DNA from: Anolis carolinensis
Taxonomy: Eukaryota
Reading direction: 5' to 3'
DNA length: 64,000 nt
Assembly (NCBI RefSeq): GCF_035594765.1
Contig: NC_085845.1
Coordinates: 21,818,024-21,882,023, forward strand
Shown here: in pieces, positions 47,439-59,788 of the stretch
Position numbering within the stretch: the first letter of the stretch is position 1
Layout of the letters: every line of letters starts with the position of its first letter
Notes under the pieces: model-generated
What the model saw: the letters and a program-made list of their open reading frames with translations, nothing else
Database searches by the model: none
What the model was told of the DNA's origin: nothing
Translations under genes and position numbers: made by a program

Positions 47439-47573
47439 CAGTGTTCCCCAAACTATGCTGCTCCAGATGTTTTGGACCTCAGCTCCCACAGTTCCTAACA
47501 GCTGGCAAGCTGGCTGGGATTTCTGGGAGCTGAAGTCTAAAACACCTGGAGGAGCACAGTTTGAGAAGCACCG
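47439..47573. mobile_element. hAT MITE, 135 bp
   Basis: CAGTGTTCCCCAAACT / AGTTTGAGAAGCACCG with the shared ccagatgttttggac...ctccca core. Confidence 0.85.
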
Positions 47574-49577
47574 CTTAAACTGCCAGAGATGCATGTCTTT
47601 TTATTAGTGGGTAATTATGCCTGAAGCAACTAAATGCTATTTGACTGCAAGCTCTTCCTTTGTCTTGATTCTTGAACATTGACAAAAACACGTCAGAGGA
47701 TAGAGCAGTGGTTTTATTCCATCTTCAGATATGAGAAAGTCTGATATACATGCAGGCCCCATCTACACTGTCATATTATGCAGTTTGAAAATGCATTATA
47801 GGACAGTTTGGATGGACACATACATATACAGTGATCATTGGCAATATAAAAGCTCTTGTGCTTCTTCTTTGTGGTTATCTAAGCATCTTCCAATGAGCAG
47901 TCTGGGGTTTGTAAAAACTGATGGATTTTCTCCTGTTATGGAATCTAACATGGCTTAATTATGGATATGCAGTGTGTAGAGTGGTTCCTGGACACTTTAC
48001 TACTCACTTTTGTGTGTCTCAGTTGATCCTGTGGTCAACCCTGAAATAGAAAATGTAATCCTTGTTTATTTTTTCAGAATGCTAGAAGTCTTCATTCAGT
48101 AGCCATTAGAATAGGGTTAGCTCTATTAGGTGAGTGTGGGTAATTGAAAACCTTAGATTTGTTGTGTTATTTCTTTTTAGGGCATATTAATGTGTGGACA
48201 GTTGCAAGACCCTGCTATTGTTTTGGTGTGCAGACTCTTACTTTAGCTGAGGTGCCCAGTGCTTTCAGTTGTATAGCTTTGCCTTTTCTCCCAGATTCAG
48301 AAAAGTAAATAGGCTTCAAAGAAATAATTCATCATTTAGGCTATAAGCACATCATTTGCCTAACTGAAGTTCCACCTTAAATTTTAGATCCTTTTCATGC
48401 CATGCTTTGGTTTCATGTTACAGTCTGTGGCACCTCTAAGTCCTTCCAAGTAATTAAAACAGAAGACAGCTTCTACTCAGGCAATGCCACAAAATTTTAT
48501 CTGATGTGGTGTTCAAGCATCAACCTTGGATGCTGGACAACAACAATAGCAAAGGCATTTTTCCCAGTTTCAAGAAATTTACTGTGGAAATATTTCACTT
48601 TTAGATTATGGGCATGTGTTACATCAGTTTTTGTGTGATTTGATCAGTACTTTATTTGGCAAGAATGATTTCAGGAAGACTTTAGACTGAATTAAAAAGT
48701 CATCCTTGTTCTGTTTATTATAACTTTTCTCATTGCAGTATGCACATATAATGCTAGTGGCCTGTTAGAGGTCCTGATTGGAGTAGATCCACTGGTTATC
48801 AAAAGTGTTGATTCTCCATTCAAAAACTGATTAAGAGAGACTACTCTTATTGGAACTAAGGATTTCAGCCATAGTATCTATAAAGCTCCAGACTTTAAAA
48901 AGGAAAAGATATTTTTGTCTTAAACCATTATGCATTTTGACCATCTACTTGTAAAGAAAAGCTAGTATTTTAAACATCTCTTAAATATTGTTTTATGTGA
49001 TGTTTTCTTGATATAATGAAATTAATGGTCAGTGGACATTTAATTGTAAATATCAAGATGTTGATTAAACTCACAGGACTGCATAATATTTCAACATGTG
49101 TGTGCATCTTCATTAGTATTATTTTACCTTGAACGTATGGTGTGTACTAAATAATGGATGTAATATTTATTTATTCTTCCAATTACAGCAACATCAGTTA
49201 TGTAGACATCTATTTTTTCCTCCACATTTGCTAGGGTAAGGGATGCAGGACCACTGTGAAAATGGGGAAAATATATCTCCCTTTTTTTAACCTTGAATCT
49301 CTAGGTCCTCCAGTGCATCATAGAATCACACTGGAGTATCTATAAATACCTAGAAAAGTGTTTATTCTATGAATCTCTAGATCCTCTTGTACTAGTCTAT
49401 GATCAGCTTCAAGCTGAAGTTAAACACTGAGTAGCAATGGAAGTCCTGAAGGTTGTCATAAACAGAGTGCTGAGGAGAGGGGCTTACTAACTTTATGCAT
49501 GTGTGTTCAGTATCCTGACTAATCATTAAACTTGCCTTACAGATATCTCATTCCCGGTTTGACTTGGAGTGAACACC

Positions 49578-49673
49578 ATGAACAATTACAGTGTATCTCT
49601 GGTTGGGCCGGCCCCTTGGGGTTTCAGGCTCCAAGGGGGCAAGGACTTCAACATGCCTTTGACCATCTCTCGG
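49578..49673 (+). CDS. PDLIM5: PDZ and LIM domain protein 5 (ENH), first coding exon; exon starts at 49543
   Basis: ACCATG start, 96 nt encoding [32 protein letters not shown] (Enigma-family PDZ N-terminus; the SVSLVGPAP variant is PDLIM5). Donor CGG|gtgagc; branch point ctgactaat and tacag| acceptor. OPN4x-PDLIM5 linkage is the known synteny. Confidence 0.95.
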
Positions 49674-50025
49674 GTGAGCCAATGCCCCATTCCCCCCTCC
49701 CCCACAAAAAACTCATTTCATGAGATATTTTCTACATTGGGTGCTCCTCGGAGCCAGTGAAAATGAATATTTTGGTAACATTATCTAACTGATAAAATGC
49801 ACAAACATACATCATTGTTGTGTGAAGCTCAAAAATCCAGATGATTTTTGAGAGGATGGGAAATGCCCCACTTGCATATGGTAACAGGGGTCTCCAAATC
49901 AGAAATGTTTTGAGATAGCTACTACTTAAAAGTTTTTTTCTTTAATATGCAGAGTAGGGCTTGTATTTTATTGGCGCATATGTGTTTCTTGATGTGCATT
50001 TGAGCTGCAATGTAGCAAGAGAATA

Positions 50026-50331
50026 AGGTAAAGGTTTTCCCCAGACGTTAAGTCCAGTCATGTCTGACTCTGGGGTGTGGTGCTCATCTCCATTTCTAAG
50101 CCAAAGAGCCGGCGCTGTCCGTAGACACCTCCAAGGTCATGTGGCCGGCATGACTGCATGGAGCGCCATTACCTTCCCACCTATTGATCTACTCACATTG
50201 GCATGTTTTCGAACTGCTAGGTTGGCAGGAGCTGGAGCTAACAGCAGCCGCTTCCGCCGCTCCCGGGGCTTGAACTTGAGACCTTTCGGTCTGCAGCTCA
50301 GTGCTTTAACGCACTTTGCCACCGGGGCTCC
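50026..50331 (-). mobile_element. Sauria SINE, full length
   Basis: Inverted homolog of 42741-43072; short TSD AAGAGAATA/AAGATAATA. Confidence 0.92.
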
Positions 50332-50488
50332 AAGATAATAGTTTGCTCTAAATTCATGTCTTTTAGCACATGGCTGATCAAGACGTGTTCCGTGGACTTG
50401 TGCCAGTTTGCAAGCCACTAGTTGCTAGATATTGGTGAGTTTCCAGGAAGGAGAGAAATATTTGTGGTTAGTGGACACAAGTACAGTA

Positions 50489-50804
50489 CAGGCAGTCCCT
50501 GAGTTACAAACATCTCAGTTATAAATGAGAATGAGACAACAGGAAGTGAAAGAAATCTATCCCTTGGAAGGAAAATTCATCCTGAAAGAGTTAGCGAGGG
50601 TGTGTGTGTGTGTCTTCACTGAAGCTTTCTCACCAATCCTTGTTTCCACAACAAGCCAATTTTTTCAAATCATGGGGACAAAAAGTGAGGTGAAATATAT
50701 ATTTAGCTGGAGTTACACTTATAAAATGTATCTGTTTTGACTAATATACAAATTTAAGAACAAACTTACAGAAGCTATCTTGTTTGCAACTTGGGTACTG
50801 CCTG
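50489..50804. mobile_element. Tigger-like MITE
   Basis: TA-CAGGCAGTCCCTGAGTTACAAACA / TGTTTGCAACTTGGGTACTGCCTG-TA. Confidence 0.85.
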
Positions 50805-52227
50805 TATTATGAGATATTAGAAAACAATAATTGCTGATCCCACACATGAGTTAGTTTGGAAAGTGCTGTCATAAAGGACACTGTTGTCCCAGTATTTCAA
50901 AAAGCTACAGCCAAGGCCTTGGTTCAACACACAACCTCTGAGCTCTGTAAGGGGAAATGCCTTCTGTGAAATATGGAGAGGAAACTGCTGCGACAGTGGG
51001 GCCTGTAGTCTAATTTGTTGGGTGCTGATGGTGCCTTGCCCCATTTCCTCTCTTACACTGGTCCTTACAGAAAAAAACTAATTGTTGTGGGAATTGCTCT
51101 GTTGCCTGGGATGAGGAAATATGAATGTGACTTGTGATAGGATAGTTCTGTGGTTTCCTAAGCCAGAGCATAGCTTCCTGTTACTGTCTAACATACTTAT
51201 TTTTGCAGTTTGTTTCCAGGAAAAACACAAAAAAGGCATAAATTAACAGTTATCTCTACAAGGGGGCTTATTCGGTTATGATGATGAGCTGATAAAATGA
51301 CCTGATAAAATGAGAGTGAGCAGGTGGTTTGCCTAAATGAGTAAAATACAAATGAAGCTGGTTCTATATAAAATCAGAAACAAACAGACGACCAAGGAAT
51401 CAACACTTAAATATCTCCCTTACAAGTGATAGTTTCATACCTACAAAGTCTTAATTTATCCTGGATTCTTCTATTATTGTGTCTGAACTTTACATATTTT
51501 GCATATATAGCTTCCTTGAGTCAAGAAACATTTGACTTCTTCATTGATAGAGCCCCCAATCATGTATAGTGAACTAGTTAAACACTGGTTATTTCTCTGC
51601 TTAAAATTAATAGAATATGCAGAGCCTTAAACTGAATTCAACTCAAGGAAATCACAGTGTGCTTGAGTGATTGCAAAAATATTAGAAATTATGCCAGTTC
51701 ATTAGTTGGGAAGGTCAGTTTAGAGGTTCCCTAACTAACTTTTGCAAAAAGCCACATGTCAGTAGACTTAACATACAGCTGTGTGGATGTCCAGAAGTGC
51801 TGTCAGGGCTATATTGTATTTTCGAAGATGGATAGGACAAGTCTTTAGTCCCTTTTTATGGATAGCCATAGGACAGATGGGTGAATATTTATTAGTACAA
51901 AGCTTACTTGTGCCCTTGATTTTCCTTTTGAACATACTGGGAGCTTATGTTCAGGCTTTTAAAGAATTAGGACAGATTTTTGTTGTCCAGAATAGCTTAA
52001 AACTTTACAAAAACTTTTAAAACTGCTAATTTTGTAGTGATTTGTACTAGTCTGCGTAGAATGCTTGTGAACTTTGGATATTTTTTTAAAAAACATTGCA
52101 AAAATAACATAAATGTGATGCTCTCCAAATTAATCTAGATTAAATATTAGTTCCTAGCACTATAGATTCTCAGACTTCCATGTATATTTTATCTTTTGGA
52201 TTTTGAGGTTTTTGTCTCAGTCTATTA

Positions 52228-52333
52228 TAGGCATGGGCTAACTTTGACCCTCCAGGTGTTTTGGACTCCAACTCCCACAATTGTGGGAGTTGGAGTCCAA
52301 AACACCCGGAGGGCTGAAGTTTGCCCATGCCTG
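52228..52333. mobile_element. hAT MITE, 106 bp (internally deleted)
   Basis: TAGGCATGGGCTAACTT / AAGTTTGCCCATGCCTG, TSD GTCTATTA/GTCTATAA. Confidence 0.9.
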
Positions 52334-54546
52334 GTCTATAACCTATTGGGAATTTTTGCTGTATACCCTTTGAAATGAAAAGTGATCTACACTGAACATA
52401 TTCTGTCTCTGTGTTAATAGTAGGATTTAGTATTCTCTTGTCATTATGTTATTAATATAACCTCTACACCCCATTTAGGTTTTAGGTACTGACTAGCATA
52501 CATTCCTTTGTATGGTGTGCTTTTTGGTCTGGAATTAGTGTCCTTCATGCTGGTATGTTGATCAATTGCTTCTCTGATAATGGAAGGGCACTATGTTGTG
52601 TTGTTGGTACAATGGGACAAAATGTACAGTGCAGCAATCTTCTCTTCTCAGTATTGCCAGAGGTTTCAGCTAATTAAATGCTGATAAAGAAATGCATGAA
52701 CAAAAGAGCAGAGCTGTTTATGTGCCCTTTACAAAGGTCCTGCTGTCTGTTGTGACCTTCTTGAGTTTGGGGCAGTCATGCATGCAATTCATTTTGGACT
52801 GTGAGGAGAGAGTTATTTTTATGGCCTTTGTATTGTGGGCTGGCATCGCAACACTGCTGCATGCAAGGTAAGTTTAAAAATACTTTTGAGCAGCACTTTA
52901 AAAACAGTTGCTAAATAGAAACTACCTTCTAATGGATTTATTCTTGGCGAGAGCCTCCATAAAAGCAAATGTCACATTCAGCAACTGTCCAAAGAAAGTT
53001 CCTTTCATGAGAAAGGCGTCTGCCTTGCGCCAACAAGTTTAGTAGAGTTCGTAACTACTTATTTGAAGTGGAAATAATGATTTCACTTTTGGGATTTAGG
53101 GCAAAGTATGCTCCAATGAGTAGGGACAGCAAGGGGCTTTGATCTGCGCTAATTGCATGCTATGCAACTTTATTAAAAATGTTATGGCACTTCATTTCCA
53201 CACTTTCCATAGTAAGCCTGCTATTTTCAGCTCACTGTAGAGTGCAAGGAAGAGGCTGGATCACTGGGAGACATAGGAGAAGATCTACAAGGCTCATGGG
53301 GTTGTTTTTGATGTAATTAGTAACATCTGGGCTGGAAGAAGTTCTGTAAAATACAGAGAGGAAAGACGAAAGGAAGGAAGAAAGGAAAAGAAGAGAGAGG
53401 CTTAGAAACTACATAATGGAATATAAGCACACCAAGGAATAAAATGGTATACTCTCAAAAGAATGTTCAAAATATAAACGACATTGCATGTCATCATAGA
53501 TCTTTCTAGACCAGACATTTTTCAAAAGAGTGTTTACTTTGACTATTAACCAATCCTCTTTAAGTGGTGGATAATGTGGTGGTTTGGGTGTCTGGCTGGG
53601 ACACTGGCAGGCCGGAATTTGAATCCCTATTTAGCCACATAAAACCACTGGGTGATCTTGGGTAGGTCACACTTTTTCAACCTCAGGAGGGTAAATGAAA
53701 TCACCTCTGAACAAATCTTGCCAAGAAAATCTGTGATAGTCAGCTTAGTCATCATAAATCAAAAAAGACTTGAAGGTACAGATAGTTAACAATAATAGAT
53801 GAGAATTGTTGGGTAGAATGAAAAAATTAGGCAAGTTCCTGCCTCCCATTAGTTAAATGTTTCAACTCCATCTCTGTTATCTGAAAGGAAATTACTGAGC
53901 ACCAAAATGTCATCCATATACAATAATCCTTCTGTGTTTGCAGTGGATATATTCTTGAACTTACTGTGGAAACAGAAACCATGGATAACAATGAACTATG
54001 AAAATGAATGACTTCCACTCAAAGCAACCATAGAATATGGAATCATGATACTTTCTTTTTAGTTAATTATTTAGCCTTTTTGTGTTGGATAAGGAAATAG
54101 GTGTGTTTAAGTAGAACCATACAGACAACTTCTTATTTCTACCATATGATAACACACAATATTTCTTACTTATGGTGATCCTAAGATGAATCTATCATAG
54201 AGATGGTTTATTGTTAGAATTTGTTAAGAGGAGATTTGCCTTTGCCTTTCTCGGAGGTGGAGATAGTTGGTTTCCATGGTCAAGCAAGGATTCAAACCCT
54301 GTTCTACCAGTGTCCCTGTGGAACACACAAACTACTATATTAGTCAAATGAATTAAACACTTAAAGGGAGATCTGGAGGTGAAACATTAACACAAATCCC
54401 TGTGTTTTCTCTGCATTTCTCTATGTCAGAATTTGGATTCATTCTGTTCCTCTTTACAATGCAATCTCCTAGAATCAAGAAGAGATTACATGTAACCTTA
54501 GGAAGAACTTCTTCACTCTACAAGCTGTTAATCAGTGAAGAGAAAT

Positions 54547-54886
54547 CAGTGTTCCCTCACTTATCGCAGGGGTTATGTTCCAGGACCACCCGCGAAAAGT
54601 GAAAATCCACGAAGTAGGGATGCTATATTTATGTTGTTTGCAAGTAGCATCTCTGTCCTCTCCTCTCAAGCATGCGCATGCGCGCTTCTGCCACTGCCAC
54701 GTGAGGCAAAAACAAAGCTGCTTCAGCCTTCTTTTCTCTCCCTTCCTTAGGCTTCTTCTTAGAAAGGAAGTAGAAAGAGGATTTATAACATTATTTATGA
54801 TTTATACTATTATTTTAGTGCTTATTAAAAGCCCACGAAACAGCGAGGGTGCGAAAAGTGAACCGCGAAGTAGTGAGGGAACACTG
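54547..54886. mobile_element. Tc1/mariner-type MITE inserted in a CR1 3' fragment (~54430-55000)
   Basis: TIR CAGTGTTCCCTCACT. CR1 3' sequence (taggaagaacttc... / ...ggatgaccatctctc...gagttggactgg) continues on both sides. Confidence 0.87.
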
Positions 54887-56773
54887 TATAAGCAAAGGTT
54901 GGATGACCATCTCTCAGAAGTGCTTTAGTTGTGTATTTATGCATCGCAAGGAGTTGGACTGGTTGACCTTTGCAGTCTCTTCCAAAATTGTGATTTAGCA
55001 TGATTTCCTGCATGAACAATTTAACTGCTGAAAGTTTGATACTTCTCTTTTAAGAACAGAGATCTGTACGTTTGTAAATCCTTTGCTAATATAAAACCTT
55101 GAGTCTGTGTTCTTCCTTTTCTTTTACATGTCTTCCATTTTCCCTTCCCCTCTCATTCACACATGGAACATGTAGACTTTGGACACAGTATTTTGTGTGT
55201 GTGGTTTACGTATTGCCCTAATGAAAGAATAATCCCAACTGAATTCATTCAGACCTGTGAACAGACATGTGGAAGATGGTGCTAAATTATCTCTTCTGCT
55301 CTTCCCATCAGCAGCATACAGCCCCATCTGTCCCTAGGCCTTGTGAAATCTGGTTTTTAAAAATGGTCTCTGTGTCTTTAGAAGTGGCAGCTGCTTCACT
55401 CAGAGCAACAAATGAAGCCCTGTCTGTGCACACTTAGCTTCTACCCCCACCTCCAAATACAGCACATCAGTATGCTGCATTAGCCTAAATCTTTCCAGCA
55501 TTAGATTTATTGATTGGTTTATAGCAGCAAGGGGCTTTATTGAGCAAAATGCAGCTGAACTGACGGGAAGCAGCAAGATTTAATAGCATTACAAAGGTCA
55601 AATTATCTTTTAAAAACATTCTCTTTAACAGCTTAAAAGGGTTGCATATTTATAAAAATAAATGGAATACATAGGCCTTTGATATAATGAAAAAGACAGA
55701 ATAGACCAATTCCCTCTCTTTTGCAAAACGAACAGTACCGAAATACAAGTTTTCTCCCCTCTGTAATCAGTTTCTCTCCATTTAATGGCATCAGTTGCTA
55801 CCGATTTTGGTTATGGAGCTAAATGTGGTAGCACTTGTGTTTCTCATGTTCTTGTTGGTCAGTAGCTTGAGAATTCTGGAATTAATAATGCGCTCTTGCA
55901 CAAATGGATTGTGGAAAAAGTCAGTCATTAAGTCCCCCCTTAAAAAGGATGGGGATACTGGTATGTCTCTTTTCTGTTTTGTGTCTAAGTGTTCATAAAG
56001 TTGCAATCGTGTTTTTTTGGCAAGTTCTAGCAGTCAAAGTTGTAGTTATATAGTAAGTTTCAAAAAATTCCCAAACTCCCTAATGTAATACTTGGCTAAG
56101 AGCAGCCGTGTCTGTAAGCCATTTGTGTAGAGATGTGCCTTATGTTGTTCTATCCTGTTTAAAATTGTCTTGTTAAAATCATTAAAGTATAAGCCTGTGG
56201 AAAGATTTGGATTGGAGACATGATCTGGCCTTAGGCAAGCTTCTCTTCTCCAGCTTGAAAAAGTTGCATGTTTTGCAAGATTGCTCCAAGACACCAGAAT
56301 AAGGGCCCTTTTTAGGGAACTATTACCAATATCACATCAACATGCCTTTGAAAATATTTCTTAACCTGATGAACATCAGTTACATTACAGCAAATGCTTA
56401 ATCTCTTGACAGAATGATAGACAGGCAGAAGTTAGGGGAGTGCCTTGGGGGAGTAGGACCGAGATAACACATCTGGTTCCAACATGAGTGAAATTGCAGG
56501 TACAGAATAATTTTTTCTTGCACCTATGAAACAACACCTCTGGTATTTGTTTCCACATGCTTCTTAGATGGAATAGTCTATATACACAACTACAGCTCCC
56601 TCCTTTTTTTGACTTCCAGGGAAACAGGTATCCGTCTCTTCTTCTTTGCAGCTTCTGTGTATTTTTAAGGAGAGGATAAGAGCTATTTGTAATACAAAAT
56701 GCAGCATAAGAACCACCCATGCTGAATACGCTTTTCATGTCAAGAAGAAGAAAAAAGTCTGTTTGTAAAATGT

Positions 56774-57250
56774 CCAAAATAGGCCTTTGGGAAGGCCCTT
56801 TCAGATGCCTTCTATTTAATATAAACAATGAAGAATAAGACCTTGTTTTTCTTGTTTTCATTTAGAGCCCAGAGGGCTGGTTGCTCCAGTTCAACGCTCC
56901 CCACCATTTTAATGAGCTATTTTTAGTCAAACTGTTTTCTCATTATTCATCTAAAGATGGTTATCTTTAAGGGCATTGTGAGAGGAGACATGGTGTTGAA
57001 GGGCTTGTTTGTTTTTCTTGGAAGAGAGCCATGAGATAATATGGGTTCCTAACTTTACAGAAAAAAGGGAGGGGGAATCTTGATGTTATCCTGCTATCCA
57101 TAAATGGGAATGCATGACAGAAGATTATCTTTTCCTTGCTTAAAATAATGGGAAAATTGGTATTTCCTTGTCCAAATAAAATGTTTTTCATAGCTGACTT
57201 CTGAACTCTGGGAATGCATCAGCCCTTTTTTTGGTTAAGGCCATAAATGG
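56774..57250. promoter_or_regulatory. Candidate SRF/MEF2/TEAD/GATA enhancer in PDLIM5 intron 2
   Basis: Three CC(A/T)6GG boxes (56774, 57098, 57241), MEF2 CTATTTTTAG (56917), MCAT GGAATG (57107, 57211), AGATAA motifs (56961, 57034, 57125). Confidence 0.6.
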
Positions 57251-58422
57251 ATGCATGCAATAAGTTTAAACTATTTTGTCTGGTATCAGTGGTGGGGAAG
57301 CTATAGTTTTTTTGAAAGCTGGCTGCATGTGAATGTATTTGGATTTACTAGGAATGTCTATATTAGGCAAGAGTGTAATCTTCTGTTTTACATCTTATAC
57401 ATGATACATCATTTCAATGTACAACTTGGCTGCTTGTCAGGAGTGGGTTACACCCATGCTGGCTGATATATTTTATTGACTGGATTCTGTATTGCTGATC
57501 TGCAATACAATGGCACACCTATGCACTATTTTTGCATAGCATGAAATTCATTAGAATTTCTTTCATGGCACCTCTAATGCTTAAGTAATAGACACATGTC
57601 ACAAGTAAACATGCACTATGTCTTACTGAGTCTGCTGCACTACTATGGAATTTGACAGCTGATAAAACTCTGCAAAAATGCTCAGGTGTCAGGGATGTAG
57701 CCTGAAAAGTGTTGCATAGGCATTTATTTTTTCAGCCCTTCCTTTAATTGTACTGTTGTTTTTTTCTTTGTCCATTGTGTTTCTACAATTCTATCATAGT
57801 CAACTAGATCCTAAGATAAAATCAACCCAAGGAAACCATAAAACAAGTTTCCTGTACCTTTCTCACCCTTAAAATAACCACCTCTCTCTCACACACACAC
57901 AGCTTTGACATTGGTTTGGGGATAACCCTGAACCATGTGTAATGATTGGGTGGAGGGATAGTGGGAGAAGAGAGAAAGAGAGAATTGCCCCAAATTCTCC
58001 TGGAAGAAGCAGAAGTGAAGTTGTTCTAGTTAGTTGTTTAAGAAGCTTTAGAACAGAGGGAAACTTGCCCAGAAGTGGTGTGTGTAGGTAGCAGAGACAC
58101 ACCTTTCTTTCTATGAATTTTCATAAGTTAACTATATTAGATTAGAGGCAGATTCCTGAATATCCAAAGACGAAGACTGGTTTAACTTTAGAGGCAATCC
58201 TCTTTTGAAGAGAAATGTGCTGAACCCTAAGTGTATCCTTCAGAGATTGACTCCCGCAAAGTAAGGCAAATGGGAAATACATATGCTATGTAACTAAAAA
58301 CTGCTTTGAAAAATATATTCAGAACATATACGCATGGCCTACATTACAGCTGATGGCTAAGAAGTTGGGGAACATCTGAGATATGGTGTAAATAGGGCAA
58401 AGATATGAAAGAAAAACTGTAT

Positions 58423-58588
58423 TGAGCACTGCCTCCAGAAGCCGGAGATGAAAAGAGAAGTTTCTGCCTTTGTATGTCTCATTTGTATTTGACAGTAAAG
58501 GCATTGAATGTTTGCCTATGTAAATACTGTAATCCGCTCTGAGTCTCCTAGGGGAGAAGGACAGAATATAAATAAAGTGTATTATTAA
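58423..58588 (+). mobile_element. 5'-truncated SINE with L2-type tail
   Basis: ggcattgaatgtttgcc...tgtaatccgctctgagtctcctaggggagaaggacagaatataaataaa. Confidence 0.75.
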
Positions 58589-59579
58589 ATACGAACCTAC
58601 ATTACAGCTGATGGTTAACAAATTGGGGAACATTTGAGATATGGCGTAAATAGGGCAGAGGTAGGAAAGAAAATGGTATAGATACTTTATTCAAAATTCC
58701 AGACTGGAGCCAGTGTGGCATAGTGGTTTCAGTATTGGGCTATGATGCTGGAGACCAAAGTTCAAATCCCTATTTGGCAATGGAATCCCATTGTCTGCCC
58801 ATGGGCAAGTCACACTCTCAGCCTCTTAAGAAATCTTTGCAAGAAAACCTTCAGAGAGCCAACTTAGGCTCACTATAAATCAGAAAGTACTTGAAGGCAT
58901 AAAACAACAACCACTGTTAAGTTTGCCACCTCTGAAATACCTGTGTCTTGTCCAGGTAATTGCTTCTGACCTGGTTTTCATTTTCTAGCTGTTCTATGAA
59001 TGTGGATTTAAGCTCAGCAGGAGCCCATGATTTTTACTGCATAACTCTCTGTGCATGTTACGGTCAAGCGCTAAAGCAAACACTCAACCCAAATACCTTT
59101 TAAGCATATGTTTTCTTGGCTTATATAGCAGCTTGTTTCTTCCATAACTGCAGATGGGAATTGAGGGAATTAATCTTCCTCATTTTCTATAATCTGTTTG
59201 GCAACTCTCTTAGAATATACAAAAAAAGTCATTAGCAAATCATGCCAGGTATTGAAAATGGAATGCTTCAGTTTTATGAGACCAGTCTCCCAAGAATTCC
59301 TACTCCTGAAAGACCTAATGGTCAGATAGTATTTAAGAAGTTCAAGAATTCATATGTTGTTGTGATTTCTAAATTATAGCTTAGCAAGCAGTAATACATA
59401 CACACAAGCATACAATGTGAAGAGGGTAATGCAGAATATAACAATGTAGAGAAGCCGTACAATAAAAGACTGCAACAAAGAAAGCAACAGTTAATTTTCC
59501 AGGTTGCAAAGGAATACCCATGTTAGTCTCAAATCAACAGAAACATTTGTTTTGGGATTTCCTTTGGGAAAGGAAGAAC

Positions 59580-59788
59580 TTCCACATTAGGAAGAACTTC
59601 CTAACTGTGAGAGCTGTTTGGTAGTGAAACTCTCTGCCCCGGAGTGTGGTAGAGGCTCCTCCTTTGTAGGTTTTTAAGCAGAGGCTGGATGGCCATCTGT
59701 CGGGGGTGCTTTGAATGTGTCTTTCCTGCTTCTTGGCAAGGGGTTGGACTGGATAGCCCGTGAGGTCTCTTCCAATTCTATGATTCTA
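59580..59788 (+). mobile_element. CR1 LINE 3' end
   Basis: cattaggaagaacttcctaactgtgagagc...gggttggactggat...ttccaATTCTATGATTCTA (CR1 terminal octamer repeat). Confidence 0.9.

Noticed and set aside
49578-49673. Assignment to LDB3 or PDLIM7
   Set aside because: [12 protein letters not shown] matches PDLIM5 (LDB3 has SVTLTGPGPW), and the neighbouring opsin is the OPN4x type.
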